Assembly (NCBI GenBank): GCA_963663165.1
Contig: OY760175.1
Location: 736,001-800,000, forward strand
Length of the DNA: 64,000 nucleotides
Reading direction: 5' to 3'
Source of the DNA: an uncultured Desulfospira sp.
Lineage (GTDB): Bacteria; Desulfobacterota; Desulfobacteria; Desulfobacterales; Desulfobacteraceae
The notes under the pieces were generated by a model, which searched no databases, was not told the DNA's origin, and saw only the letters and a program-made list of their open reading frames with translations. Position numbers and translations under genes: made by a program. Shown here piece by piece: positions 46,789-56,627 of this stretch. Position 1 is the stretch's first letter. The number at the start of each line of letters is the position of its first letter.

Positions 46789-47550
46789 TCATCCTTTTTT
46801 GTTTTTTTTGCGGCTGACCGGTTCATGGCTTGTCAGCCGTTTGATTTCTTTGGGCGTCAGGTGGCGCCATTCTCCAGGCTTTAGGGTGCCAAGGGTGACG
46901 CTGGCCATGCGGACCCTCAGCAACCGAGTCACGTGATTGCCGGTTTTTCCCACCATCTTTCTGATCTGCCGGTTCAACCCCTGTTTGAGGACCATCTTAA
47001 ATTCGTCTTTTCCCAGGCGGGAAACCTTTGCTTTCCGGGTTTTTACCCCGTCGATCATCATGCCCCGGGCCATGGCGTCAAGGGCGGCATCGGGTATGGA
47101 ATTCAAGGTTTTGACCCGGTACTCCTTTTCATGGTCGTGGGAGGGGTGGGACAGAAGGTTATGAAGCTGCCCGTCATCGGTGAGCAGGACCAGGCCTTCG
47201 GAATCTTTGTCCAGCCGCCCTACGGGGTACACCCGTTTGTCTGTTTTCACCAGGTCCAGAATAATTTTCCCGTGTGTCCTTGAACAGGAGGTGATCACTC
47301 CCGGTGGTTTGTTAACCAGGATATAGGTGTGGGCTTCTTCTGTCGGCAGGGTCACGGGTCTGCCGTCAAACCATACCTGGTCGGTCCTGGGATTAACCTT
47401 TGTGCCAAGCTCGGTGACGGTCTTTGCGTTAACCTTGACCCGGCCTTCAAGGATATGGGTTTCCGCCTTCCGGCGTGAGCAGATCCCCGAGTGGGCCAGA
47501 AACTTTTGAAGCCGGATATCAGGACCGGTAGTCGGCATTGATGGAGACAT
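46789..47550 (-). CDS. rRNA pseudouridine synthase (RsuA/RluB/RluF family)
   Basis: RLQKFLA.SG..SRRKAE S4 domain, NKPPG, GRLDKDSEGL, QGLNRQIRKM. Start uncertain (47550 or 47538). Confidence 0.92.
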   Translation of the reverse strand: MSPSMPTTGPDIRLQKFLAHSGICSRRKAETHILEGRVKVNAKTVTELGTKVNPRTDQVWFDGRPVTLPTEEAHTYILVNKPPGVITSCSRTHGKIILDLVKTDKRVYPVGRLDKDSEGLVLLTDDGQLHNLLSHPSHDHEKEYRVKTLNSIPDAALDAMARGMMIDGVKTRKAKVSRLGKDEFKMVLKQGLNRQIRKMVGKTGNHVTRLLRVRMASVTLGTLKPGEWRHLTPKEIKRLTSHEPVSRKKNKKG

Positions 47551-48688
47551 ACTCCTTTGAAAAATCACAGAACCAGAAGGCGTCGGATTCTGGGCCAAGG
47601 TTTAAATCCAGAACCAGGTTGATCTCGTCCCCCTTCATGATGACGGCGGCTTCTTTTTCAGCGTCAAGCCCCTGCCACTTCCCCTTGATCACCAGGGCGG
47701 TATCCCCAAAATAAAGGTCCATGAGATCCTGGTCTACCTTGGCGCCGGACCGGCCGGCAGCAGCCGTGATTCTGCCCCAGTTGGGATCTTCACCGTTAAT
47801 GGCGGTTTTGACCAGGTTGGAGTGGGCAATGGCCTCGGCCGCCTTAAAGGCGTCTTCTTTGGTCAGGGCCCCCTTGACCAGGATCTGAACCAGTTTGGTG
47901 GCCCCCTCCCCGTCCCGGACCATCCACTTGGCCAGCTCCTGGCAAACCTGGTCCAGGAGCTGCTGAAATACGGCTTGATTATCCGCAGTTATAACCGCCC
48001 CGCTTTTCCCTGAGGCCAGGCATAGCAGGGTATCGTTGGTGCTGGTATCCCCGTCCACAGTAATCCGGTTAAAAGATTGCTCATTGGCCCGGACCAGACA
48101 GGATTTTAAGCGGTCTGCCGAAATGCCGGCATCGGTACAGACATAGGCCAGCATGGTGGCCATGTCCGGACGGATCATTCCCGATCCTTTGGCAATACCG
48201 GTCATTGAAACCACGTTACCGTCAATTTCAACCTGCCCGTTCACCACTTTGGGAACCGTATCCGTTGTCATGATGGCCGCTGCAAAATCATCCGGGCTTG
48301 GGGAAAGGTTGTCTTTTAACTTAGGGATGGCCGCTTCAAATATGTCCATGGGCAGCGGGGCACCGATCACCCCGGTGGAAGAGACCATAACCATATCTTC
48401 ACTGGTATTTAAAACCGATGCGGTGAGCCGGGCGCACCGGGCCGCATCCAAAATTCCCTGTTCCCCGGTATAACAATTGGCATTGCCTGAGTTGGCCAGC
48501 ACCGCCTGGATTTTCCCCTTTTGAATCACTTTTTGTCCCAGGAGTACCGGCGCGGCCTTGACCTGATTTTTTGTGAACAATGCGGCGGCTGAGGCCGGTT
48601 CATCACAGACAATCACCCCTAAATCTTTTTTTCCGTTCTTTTTTTTAATCCCGGCGGCAATGCCGGCAAATGAAAATCCTTTGATCAT
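47519..48688 (-). CDS. argJ: Bifunctional ornithine acetyltransferase/N-acetylglutamate synthase
   Basis: NSGNANC, SSTGVIG, MTTDT, KGSGMIRPDMATML, DTSTNDT, DGEGATK, DPNWGR, INADYRS. Confidence 0.97.
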   Translation of the reverse strand: MIKGFSFAGIAAGIKKKNGKKDLGVIVCDEPASAAALFTKNQVKAAPVLLGQKVIQKGKIQAVLANSGNANCYTGEQGILDAARCARLTASVLNTSEDMVMVSSTGVIGAPLPMDIFEAAIPKLKDNLSPSPDDFAAAIMTTDTVPKVVNGQVEIDGNVVSMTGIAKGSGMIRPDMATMLAYVCTDAGISADRLKSCLVRANEQSFNRITVDGDTSTNDTLLCLASGKSGAVITADNQAVFQQLLDQVCQELAKWMVRDGEGATKLVQILVKGALTKEDAFKAAEAIAHSNLVKTAINGEDPNWGRITAAAGRSGAKVDQDLMDLYFGDTALVIKGKWQGLDAEKEAAVIMKGDEINLVLDLNLGPESDAFWFCDFSKEYVSINADYRS

Positions 48689-48699
48689 TTAATTTTTTC

Positions 48700-51411
48700 C
48701 TAAAATCCTGGTAGTTTAAATTTCATGGTGACCTCCCCGGTCTCTTTGTCCAGCGTGATCATTTTTTCCTGTGAATCCAAGTTTTCCATTTTCTGTCCCG
48801 TGGCCATTTCCATGAGGCCTGCAATAAAACTTAAGCCTGAATTTAACACCGCCTCAACCTTTTCCGGGGCCTGGGCGGCGAAGATATGTTGAGATTGATC
48901 CAGGTCAGGGTCACTCAGTTCAGGGGTCGCCAGTCCGGGGGCCCGGGCAGAATTATCTGTATCCTCAGGTTCGAGGCGGTCTGATGCCGGCTCATCTTTG
49001 CCGAGAACCTCCGGGTTCAGATAATGGGGGGTATCTTCAGGAATTTCTTCAGGCTCAGCCGTTTCAAAGCTTTCCGGTTCCGGTTCTTCTCCCATCATCT
49101 GCCTGAGCCGGTTGAGCATTTCATTTTTCTTTTCCCTTGAGAAATCCACCTCATCGGGCCCTTCCTCGTCAAATACCCCCTTGAACAGATCGGCTTTCAG
49201 CTGAATACCGGCCAGAATCTTTTCTTCAATGCTGCGCTTGGCAATCAGATTGATCACATTGATACAGGAACTTTCCTGCCCGATCCGGCTGACCCGGCCG
49301 ATGCGCTGGTTCATTTTGGCCGGATTCCAGGGAAGTTCAAAGTTGACCACACAGTCGGCGGCCTGAAGATTGAGCCCGGTCCCCCCGGCATCGGTGGATA
49401 AAAACACCCCGCACTCGGGATTATTGGTAAACTCGTCAATCAACGCCTGCCGTTTTTTGACCGGCACCTTTCCGGAAAGCTCCACAAAGGAAACGCCCAT
49501 ATCAGAAAGGGTATTGGCAATCAGAAAGGTCATGGAGGTCCATTCACTGAAAATGACCATTTTTCGTTTATTCTGGATCACCATTTCATCAATGATGCCC
49601 TCAAGCTCTTTGAGTTTGGGGGAAATCCGGGTATCCCGGTCAATTAAAAAGGTGGCATCGCAGACCATGCGCATGCGCAGCAGCAGGATCTGGATCCGTC
49701 TCATATCAACAGGGGTTAAAAATTTTTTATTGAGCAGGGGAAGCAGCTGCCGGGCATAGCCTGAATGGATGGCGGCCTGCTCATCATGAAGGTCAATGTA
49801 AAAGTTATTGACCACTTCTTTGGGCAGGTCTTTGAGAACATCTTCTTTTTTGCGCCGAATGACTATGGATTTTAGTTTCTGATTAAGGGAATCCAGGTTT
49901 TTATATCCGGCAACACTGCTTTTCTTCTTTTTGGGGATCTGGAAATGGTCTCCGGCAAACTGCCACAACGGGGTGAGCATGTAAGGATCAAGGAACTGGA
50001 CAATGGAGTAGACATCCTCAAGCTTATTTTCCAGGGGCGTGCCGGTCAACACAATGGCATGTTTTTTGGGAATCTGTTTGACCGCATCCGATGTCTTGGT
50101 GGAAAAATTTTTAATGCGCTGGGCCTCGTCCAAGACAATCACATCCGGGTTAAACCGCCTTAACACCAGGGTATCCCTTAACACGGCCTCATAGTTGGTA
50201 ATTTTAAACAAGGAGGAATCATTAAAATAAATATTTTTTCTCTGATCCGGCCCGCCTTCCAGGATCACGGCCTGTTCGTGGGAAAATTTCTCAATTTCCC
50301 GTTTCCACTGCTCTTTTAACGATGCCAGGGTAATGACCAGAATCTTTGAAAACCCGAAAATTTCCTTTTTTAACACCCCCAGCGCAATGGCCTGAAGGGT
50401 TTTGCCAAGCCCCATCTCATCACCGATGAGAACGCCGGGCTTAAAAAGGCCAAAGGAGACCCCCTTTTGCTGGTAGGGATAAAGGGTGGCTTTCAATGGA
50501 ATTTCCGGGATGTCCTGACTGGAAAATTCTTGAATCTGATCCCATTGAAGTTTTGATTCAATCCGGTTGAGCAGGCTTTCCCTGATCCTGACCCGCTTGT
50601 TGCCGTCAAGCAGATCCATCAGGTCAATGATCCTTGTAAAATCATCATGACGGAACATGCCGGCACCGTCAAAATATTTATCTAAGATGGCAGCGGTATC
50701 TTCAGGGATATCCACAGATTTGTCCCCATACATCCGGGGGGCTTCCAAAACCGAATCCCAGAAAATGTCGATAAAGGGGAAGGTTTCCATTTGAAGTCGC
50801 TTGTTATAATCGGCTTCAAGCTTGAGCTGGTTCACCGCAAAATGAATATGCTTGCAGGTCCCAAGCCCGTTGGTCATATAATCCGGGCAGGAGCAGTGGC
50901 CGGTTCCGGTTTCAGGGTCATGGAGGGTGACCTGGTATTTTCGTTTATTTTTATTGATGACCAGGTGATCCCCCTTGAACAAATCTCCGGGCACCAGTTC
51001 AAATGTCTCCACCCGGGCCCTTTTTTCACGGTCTTCTATGGCCAGGGCCTTGATATCTTCACTGGTTAGAAAATCATTTTCCTCTTGGGGATCATCAGAT
51101 GAAAAGGCCGTTTCTGTGGCCCCTTTTTTCATCAGAATCTGCCTGGCATGAAGGGCTGCGGCCACCACATGCTTGCACCCGTCCCCGGGGTACGGGCAGG
51201 TACAGGATGAACGGATTTGTTCGTCGCCAAACTGGATTTTAGTGGTATAATCCCCGTAGGCCCCGTCCACCTGGTAAACAAATTGTTTCTCAGAAAGACT
51301 GCCCTTGGACAAAAAAAACGATCCCCCCTCAAAAAGGGACTCCCCCCGGCTGAAAATCAATGGGGAATCAGCCAACTGCTTTTGTATATACGCTTTTGAC
51401 GGAATCTGCAT
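48700..51411 (-). CDS. SNF2-family helicase/ATPase with two SWIM zinc fingers
   Basis: CTCP..CKH and CSCPD..CKH; GDEMGLGKT, LDEAQRIKN, LTGTPLEN, GLNLQ, PWNP...QRIGRVSRIGQ. Confidence 0.92.
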   Translation of the reverse strand: MQIPSKAYIQKQLADSPLIFSRGESLFEGGSFFLSKGSLSEKQFVYQVDGAYGDYTTKIQFGDEQIRSSCTCPYPGDGCKHVVAAALHARQILMKKGATETAFSSDDPQEENDFLTSEDIKALAIEDREKRARVETFELVPGDLFKGDHLVINKNKRKYQVTLHDPETGTGHCSCPDYMTNGLGTCKHIHFAVNQLKLEADYNKRLQMETFPFIDIFWDSVLEAPRMYGDKSVDIPEDTAAILDKYFDGAGMFRHDDFTRIIDLMDLLDGNKRVRIRESLLNRIESKLQWDQIQEFSSQDIPEIPLKATLYPYQQKGVSFGLFKPGVLIGDEMGLGKTLQAIALGVLKKEIFGFSKILVITLASLKEQWKREIEKFSHEQAVILEGGPDQRKNIYFNDSSLFKITNYEAVLRDTLVLRRFNPDVIVLDEAQRIKNFSTKTSDAVKQIPKKHAIVLTGTPLENKLEDVYSIVQFLDPYMLTPLWQFAGDHFQIPKKKKSSVAGYKNLDSLNQKLKSIVIRRKKEDVLKDLPKEVVNNFYIDLHDEQAAIHSGYARQLLPLLNKKFLTPVDMRRIQILLLRMRMVCDATFLIDRDTRISPKLKELEGIIDEMVIQNKRKMVIFSEWTSMTFLIANTLSDMGVSFVELSGKVPVKKRQALIDEFTNNPECGVFLSTDAGGTGLNLQAADCVVNFELPWNPAKMNQRIGRVSRIGQESSCINVINLIAKRSIEEKILAGIQLKADLFKGVFDEEGPDEVDFSREKKNEMLNRLRQMMGEEPEPESFETAEPEEIPEDTPHYLNPEVLGKDEPASDRLEPEDTDNSARAPGLATPELSDPDLDQSQHIFAAQAPEKVEAVLNSGLSFIAGLMEMATGQKMENLDSQEKMITLDKETGEVTMKFKLPGF

Positions 51412-51596
51412 GAATTATAAATCCTTTTATAAAAGCTGTACCACCGTTGTGGTTTTTTTGATAATCTGGTGTCTTTTTAATACACCTTTTAATAATTGAC
51501 AATGTTAATGCCGATATAAAAAATTATGATGGACTTTGGCCATCTTGACTGATACCCTTTTTAAACAGAACTATTCTTTTAACATCAAGAGATAAT

Positions 51597-52685
51597 ATGG
51601 AAATACTGCGTGCCAAGACGATTGATTTAAGGCAGACACGGGAATTGTCCGCTGACCGTAAAAAAAATGCAATTCTCAATGAAAAAGAAGCCAGGCAGCA
51701 AAAAGCCGATCCTGTGTCTTATCCGCGGCGATTTGTCTTTGAACTGACAAACCGGTGCAATTTAAATTGTGTTATGTGCGGCCGTAATGCAGCAGATTTT
51801 AAACATACAACCTTTGATATATCCTGGTTAAAATTATTTGACTCCGTGGTAGATAAAGTCGAAGAAGTTACCCTTATGGGATGGGGGGAACCCACATTAC
51901 ACCCCGAGTTTCCCCAATTTCTTAAATGGGCGCACAAAAATGGAATGCGCAAATATTTCTGCACCAACGGCATGCGGCTGAAACGCCTGACAGACATTAT
52001 ATTTGACACTGAAACAGATATTATCGCCGTAAGCCTGGACGGGGCAGATGCAAAAACAAACAACCGTATCCGAAGGGGTTCTGACTTTAACCTCATTTTA
52101 AACAACATTGAATCAATCATTAACCGTCGCGGCAAATGGCCGTATATGAACTTTGTATTCACTGCTATGAAATCCAATATCAGCCAATTGCCGGCCATGG
52201 TAAAATTAGCCTCTGATTTTGGTTTAGATGAAGTCAAAGTTGTCTATCTGACGGCATTCAGTAAACCCATGGAAGAACAAACCCTGTACGATAACATCCC
52301 ATTGGTAAACCATATGTTTCATGAGGCCCAAATGCTTTCAGAAAAGTACGGCATTTCACTCAAGCTGCCTCATTTGCAGGGACAAGATCCGGCTTACGAT
52401 CTTTGCCATAAGACCTGTTATACCGGCTGGAGAGATTTTTTTCTAGGGTCTGACGGTTATGTCCGTCCATGCATGTCTTCACCAAACAAACTGTTTCATA
52501 TCAGAAGCTTCCCGTTATTTGACGACATGTGGAATTCAAAGCAGCTTCAAGAACACCGGGCAAAGGTAAACACGGATGACATGGAATCGGCCTGCCAGAC
52601 ATGCTATCAGTCCTCCTTTGCCAACTGGAATAAGAAAGAATCATTCCTTCAGACAAGTGAAAATTTTTCACCCGACTGGGAGTAG
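51597..52685 (+). CDS. Radical SAM/SPASM domain protein
   Basis: CNLNCVMC, GWGEP, TNG, SLDG; C-terminal CY..DGYVRPC..CQTC. Confidence 0.9.
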   Translation: MEILRAKTIDLRQTRELSADRKKNAILNEKEARQQKADPVSYPRRFVFELTNRCNLNCVMCGRNAADFKHTTFDISWLKLFDSVVDKVEEVTLMGWGEPTLHPEFPQFLKWAHKNGMRKYFCTNGMRLKRLTDIIFDTETDIIAVSLDGADAKTNNRIRRGSDFNLILNNIESIINRRGKWPYMNFVFTAMKSNISQLPAMVKLASDFGLDEVKVVYLTAFSKPMEEQTLYDNIPLVNHMFHEAQMLSEKYGISLKLPHLQGQDPAYDLCHKTCYTGWRDFFLGSDGYVRPCMSSPNKLFHIRSFPLFDDMWNSKQLQEHRAKVNTDDMESACQTCYQSSFANWNKKESFLQTSENFSPDWE

Positions 52686-52719
52686 TGCGGTGAAAAGTGT
52701 TATGAAAGGTAAACCATAA

Positions 52720-53493
52720 ATGAAAGTTGTTATATTGTGCGGCGGCATGGGAACCCGTTTAAAAGAGGAAACCGAATACAGGCCCAAACCCATGGTTAAA
52801 ATCGGGGATAAGCCGATCCTCTGGCATCTGATGAATATTTTTGCCTATTACGGATATAAAGATTTTATACTATGCCTTGGGTATAAAGGGGACATGATCA
52901 AAGAGTATTTTCTCAATTTTGAAATGCTCAACAACGATTTCACCATTAATTTGTCCCATCCCCAAAAAATAAAGATTCATCAATCAGTTTGCAGCGACTG
53001 GTCTGTAACCCTGGCCGATACCGGGGAAAAGACCTTAAAAGGCGGACGGTTAAAAAAAATAGAAAAATATATAAAGGGCGATATGTTTCTAACCACCTAC
53101 GGGGACAGTATTGGAAACATCAACATTCCGGCCCTGGTTCAATTTCATAAAAACCACGGTAAAATCGCGACCATCTCCGGCGTAACCCCGGCATCCAGGT
53201 TTGGCAAAATGAAATTAAACGGGGATCAGATCCTCTCGTTCCATGAAAAGCCCAAAGACTCAGGAACCCTGGCAAACGGCGGTTTTATGGTTTTTAGCAC
53301 AAAGATTTTTGATTACCTTACAGAAAATGACGACTGTGATCTTGAATACGGGCCTTTTGAACAGCTGGCCCGTGACGGCCAGCTGATGATGCACCGGCAT
53401 GAAGGGTTCTGGGCATGCATGGATACCATCCGGGATATGGAGTTTTTAAATGAATTATGGGAATCAGACAATGCCGGGTGGGTGTTTGAATGA
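52720..53493 (+). CDS. rfbF: Glucose-1-phosphate cytidylyltransferase
   Basis: ILCGGMGTRLKEET..PKPMV.IG, LGYKG..IKEYF, DTG, TYGD, HEGFWACMDT.RD. Confidence 0.92.
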   Translation: MKVVILCGGMGTRLKEETEYRPKPMVKIGDKPILWHLMNIFAYYGYKDFILCLGYKGDMIKEYFLNFEMLNNDFTINLSHPQKIKIHQSVCSDWSVTLADTGEKTLKGGRLKKIEKYIKGDMFLTTYGDSIGNINIPALVQFHKNHGKIATISGVTPASRFGKMKLNGDQILSFHEKPKDSGTLANGGFMVFSTKIFDYLTENDDCDLEYGPFEQLARDGQLMMHRHEGFWACMDTIRDMEFLNELWESDNAGWVFE

Positions 53494-53562
53494 TGGCCCA
53501 TCTTTACCGATGACTGACCTTGACTGAAAAAAACAAAATATGGGGGGAGACCGGGCCGTAAG

Positions 53563-54114
53563 ATGAGATTTAAGCCGACTGCTATTGACGGTGCGTACAC
53601 CATAGAACTCGAAGCGTTTAGGGATAACAGAGGCGCCTTTTCCAGACAATTTTGCACCCGGGAGTTTGAACAGATTGGGTTTACCGGCCCAATTGCTCAA
53701 ATCAACCATTCAGCGACAACCCAAAAAGGCACTGTCAGGGGATTACATTATCAACTGCCGCCGGCCTGCGAGACCAAAATAATCCGGTGTCTTCAAGGTA
53801 AAATTTTTGATGTCATGGTTGATTTGAGGGCTGGTTCCCCTACGTTTATGAAATGGCATGGCATTGAATTATCCAAAGCATCCTTGTCAATGGTCTTTAT
53901 TCCCGAAGGGGTTGCTCACGGTTTCCAGACCCTGACTGACCATGTAGAAATGATTTATCTTCATTCGGCCCACTACACGCCGCATTGTGAAAGGGGCATC
54001 AGGTTTGATGATGAACGGCTGTCCATTAAATGGCCGGAACAAGTGACCTGTATCTCTTCAAGGGATCTGGGATTTCCCGGGCTTGAAAAAACCTTTAACG
54101 GATTAACTTTGTAA
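53563..54114 (+). CDS. rfbC: NDP-4-keto-6-deoxyhexose 3,5-epimerase (RfbC/RmlC family)
   Basis: DNRGAF, RGLHYQ, VDLRAGSPTF, IPEGVAHGFQTL. Confidence 0.9.
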   Translation: MRFKPTAIDGAYTIELEAFRDNRGAFSRQFCTREFEQIGFTGPIAQINHSATTQKGTVRGLHYQLPPACETKIIRCLQGKIFDVMVDLRAGSPTFMKWHGIELSKASLSMVFIPEGVAHGFQTLTDHVEMIYLHSAHYTPHCERGIRFDDERLSIKWPEQVTCISSRDLGFPGLEKTFNGLTL

Positions 54115-54131
54115 TTACAGGCGGTCTGCCA

Positions 54132-55376
54132 ATGAAATGCCGGCACTGCAACGCACCACTTGAACACATGTTTGTGGATCTGGGGTTTGCCCCGCCATCC
54201 AATGCATATTTAAGTCAAGATGATTTAAGAAAACCGGAAATCTATTATCCGCTCCGGGTCAGGGTCTGTGACCGGTGCTTTCTGGTCCAAACCGAAGATT
54301 ACACCAAGGCCGGTGATTTGTTCAACTCTCAATACGCCTATTTTTCCAGCACATCCGCCGGCTGGGTGGCCCATGCCGCCCGTTTTGTCCAAGAAATAAT
54401 CAAGCAGCTGTCTATTGGCCCTGACAGCATGGTTATTGAAATTGCATGCAATGACGGCTATCTGCTCAAGGAATTCATCAAAGCCAACATTCCCTGCCTG
54501 GGCATTGAGCCCAGTAAAAGCACGGCGCTTGCAGCCCAAAAAATTGGGATTCCGGTGTTAACGCAATTTTTTTGTGAGAAACTTGGCCTTGAACTTGAGT
54601 CCAGGGGCAGGCAGGCGGATTTGATTGTCGGCAACAATGTTTTTGCCCATGTGCCTGACATTAACGACTTTACCAGGGGGATGAAAATTGTCCTGAAAAA
54701 AGGCGGCACCATCACCCTTGAGTTCCCGCATTTAATGCGGTTATTGGAATTCTGCCAGTTTGATACCATTTATCATGAACATTATTCTTATTTGTCTTTG
54801 TATGCGGTAAACCGTATCTTTTCAGCCGCCGGACTACGTGTGTTTGATGCAAAAGAACTGCCGACCCATGGCGGAAGCCTGCGCGTTTATGGGTGTCATG
54901 ATGACGATATACGGCCTGTTAGTGACCGGGTTAATCAATTATTGCACGAAGAACAGATAAGGGGAATGCACACCCTTGAACCCTACCGGCACTTTCAGGA
55001 ACGCGCCGGCCGCATAAAAGACGATCTGCTTAAATTTTTAATCGCCCAGAAACAAGACGGCAAAAAGGTCGCGGCTTATGGGGCTGCGGCAAAAGGAAAC
55101 ACTTTATTAAACTATGCCGGCATTAAACCTGATTTAATCGAGTTTGTATGTGATGCCGCCCCTTCCAAACAGGGGCAATATCTGCCGGGCAGCCACATTC
55201 CCATTTGCCACCCAAATAAATTGTCAAAAGAAAAACCCGACTGGATTCTTATGTTACCCTGGAATATTGCCGAAGAAATTATGGTGCAGCAAAAACAGGC
55301 CGCCGACTGGGGGGGACGGTTTGTGACAGCTGTCCCCGAATTAACCGTGTTTCCTTTACCTGAAAAAAAACGGTAG
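54132..55376 (+). CDS. NDP-hexose C-methyltransferase family protein
   Basis: N-terminal CRHC..C..C Zn site, EIACNDG, NNVFAHVP, FDTIYHEH.SY, HGGSLR, YGAAAKG.TLLN, LPWN. Confidence 0.9.
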   Translation: MKCRHCNAPLEHMFVDLGFAPPSNAYLSQDDLRKPEIYYPLRVRVCDRCFLVQTEDYTKAGDLFNSQYAYFSSTSAGWVAHAARFVQEIIKQLSIGPDSMVIEIACNDGYLLKEFIKANIPCLGIEPSKSTALAAQKIGIPVLTQFFCEKLGLELESRGRQADLIVGNNVFAHVPDINDFTRGMKIVLKKGGTITLEFPHLMRLLEFCQFDTIYHEHYSYLSLYAVNRIFSAAGLRVFDAKELPTHGGSLRVYGCHDDDIRPVSDRVNQLLHEEQIRGMHTLEPYRHFQERAGRIKDDLLKFLIAQKQDGKKVAAYGAAAKGNTLLNYAGIKPDLIEFVCDAAPSKQGQYLPGSHIPICHPNKLSKEKPDWILMLPWNIAEEIMVQQKQAADWGGRFVTAVPELTVFPLPEKKR

Positions 55377-55435
55377 GCGCGAATTGTTTATGGAGCTTAA
55401 AGTCAACCGGTTGACCGTATACAGGAAGAAAAACC

Positions 55436-56605
55436 ATGCCAGATAGACCCTGCCCGGCCTGCCACAGTATAGACGGTAATATCATCGTCCATTTGTCAGG
55501 ACTTGATTTTGATAACAGCCCGCTTCCTTTAGAACGGGACCTTGTCCAATGTTCAAAATGCGGTTTTCTATTTTGTTCTGCGCCGTACACTGAAACCTTG
55601 CTTTTCGAATATTACACCAATTACTACCAGGGAATCACCAGCAATGACCAAAGTTACCGCTTAAGCCATCTGCTTGATCGAAAAACATCGTTGACAGATA
55701 CGCTTTTAAATCATTGCTGTTCCAAACCCGTTGAAGAACTGATTATCTGTGATGTGGGCTGCGGCCGCGGGGAACTTCTTGAAAATTTTTACCGGAAAGG
55801 GGCAAGGCGCCTTTACGGGATTGATCCGGGATCTTTTCCCGAAGATGTCCTTTCAGTACGAAAATTTAAAACCATCAATTCAAGCTTTACGGATTTCAAA
55901 CTTCCGGAAAAAGCAGACATTGTTATTTCAACCCATGTTTTTGAACACCTGCTGAATATCACTTCAGCTATCCGTGCCATTGCCGATAATATTACGGATA
56001 ACGGAACGGTTTATATTGAAGTCCCGGACTCAGAAATCACCTCAGGACAAGGCGTGATGCTGTCAAACTATCTGCCCGAACATATCAACATGTTTACCGC
56101 ATGCCAGCTGTGCCGGCTTCTTAGGGAAAACGGCTTTGTGCCGCTGGCTGTCATCAAAGAAAAGATAAATTTCTGCGCTTCGCACATCCTCGGGGTGATC
56201 GCACGGTACCGGTCCATGGAAAAAGGAATTGACAGCAAAGAGAACCCGAATTTAGATCAAATTCAGGCCGTACCCCGGATGCCTTATAAAATAGATATCA
56301 TGTTAAAAAATTATGTCCATACATCAAGAACCGTGTATATCTGGGGAATAACCAATGTTATTTTCCAGCTTGCGGCTTACTCGGCATTAAAGGACTGCCG
56401 GACGGTTTTTATAGACAAAAGCACAAAAAAACAAAAACATACCATTCATGGGAAGCCTGTCAACAGCCCCGGAATTCTTTACGATGCGCCGGATGACAGC
56501 TGTGTGGTGATTGGTTCATATCTTCGTGGAGACTCTATCGTATCTGAATTAAAGGAGATGAACTATCCCGGGGAGATCATCAATAATTTCTACCATATGG
56601 ATTAA
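55436..56605 (+). CDS. Class I SAM-dependent methyltransferase with N-terminal Zn site
   Basis: CPAC..CSKCG, DVGCGRG, HVFEHL, IEVP, EHINMF. Confidence 0.85.
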   Translation: MPDRPCPACHSIDGNIIVHLSGLDFDNSPLPLERDLVQCSKCGFLFCSAPYTETLLFEYYTNYYQGITSNDQSYRLSHLLDRKTSLTDTLLNHCCSKPVEELIICDVGCGRGELLENFYRKGARRLYGIDPGSFPEDVLSVRKFKTINSSFTDFKLPEKADIVISTHVFEHLLNITSAIRAIADNITDNGTVYIEVPDSEITSGQGVMLSNYLPEHINMFTACQLCRLLRENGFVPLAVIKEKINFCASHILGVIARYRSMEKGIDSKENPNLDQIQAVPRMPYKIDIMLKNYVHTSRTVYIWGITNVIFQLAAYSALKDCRTVFIDKSTKKQKHTIHGKPVNSPGILYDAPDDSCVVIGSYLRGDSIVSELKEMNYPGEIINNFYHMD

Positions 56606-56627
56606 AGATAAGAAATGGAGATAAACT

